Position numbers and translations under genes: made by a program
Notes under the pieces: generated by a model
The model's database searches: none
Told to the model about the DNA's origin: nothing
Seen by the model: the letters and a program-made list of their open reading frames with translations, nothing else
Assembly (NCBI GenBank): GCA_000320545.1
Contig: ADNK01002456.1
Coordinates: forward strand, 1-54,088
DNA length: 54,088 bases
Reading direction: 5' to 3'
DNA from: Bigelowiella natans CCMP2755
Lineage: Eukaryota; Protista; Cercozoa
Part shown: piece after piece, positions 53,840 through 54,088 of the stretch
How the letters are laid out: each line of letters begins with the position of its first letter
How positions within the stretch are numbered: position 1 is the first letter of the stretch

Positions 53840-53882
<43 letters not shown>

Positions 53883-54088
53883 TAGTGAGGAGGAGTGGGA
53901 CGACGATGATATCTTTTGCTCCCTCCCACGTAAGCTGCTCACAGCGAGACCGGCGATCTATTCACTCAACCCCGGTTAAGAGTGTGGTTGATCCAAACGG
54001 CCTATTTTCAGCAGGAAAAAAGATTATTTAGTAATTGCAGAGAGTGAACACACTCAGCGTGCGACTGGGGCATGGAGAGCTCTTCGTC

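Larger units (their letters stand above)
15378..53880. repeat. Dense microsatellites ((TA)n, (TAG/CTA)n, (CAT/GAT)n, (CA)n, (GA)n, (GAG)n) in introns and some exons
   Basis: Read directly, e.g. 16731-16770, 17849-17883, 33825-33967, 40573-40777, 43069-43104, 53843-53880. Confidence 0.95.

Overview
Left chromosome end of an intron-rich, microsatellite-rich eukaryotic nuclear genome. Bipartite (signal + transit) leaders suggest a protist with a complex plastid, chlorarachniophyte-like (inference). The window opens with one CCCTAA unit and a degenerate 18-bp telomere-like array. Ten genes were reconstructed by hand from GT-AG exons: ARL16-like GTPase, equilibrative nucleoside transporter, bacterial-type AspRS, GNAT acetyltransferase, ribosome recycling factor, GT8 glycosyltransferase, ZDS/amine-oxidase-like flavoprotein, alpha/beta hydrolase and two unknowns, plus one weaker candidate. 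The most striking feature is a set of sharply bounded islands (about 1-950, 8100-9700, 29700-31400, 36480-37680, weaker at 32300-33050) over repeat/transposon relics. In these, TpA is almost erased except in CTAG, and TG/CA are enriched. Paired repeat copies differ by TA versus TG, and the telomeric hexamer reads CCCTGA. This points to a targeted, RIP-like A-to-G hypermutation system with specificity 5'-TAH-3' to TGH. Exon boundaries and counts are manual and approximate.
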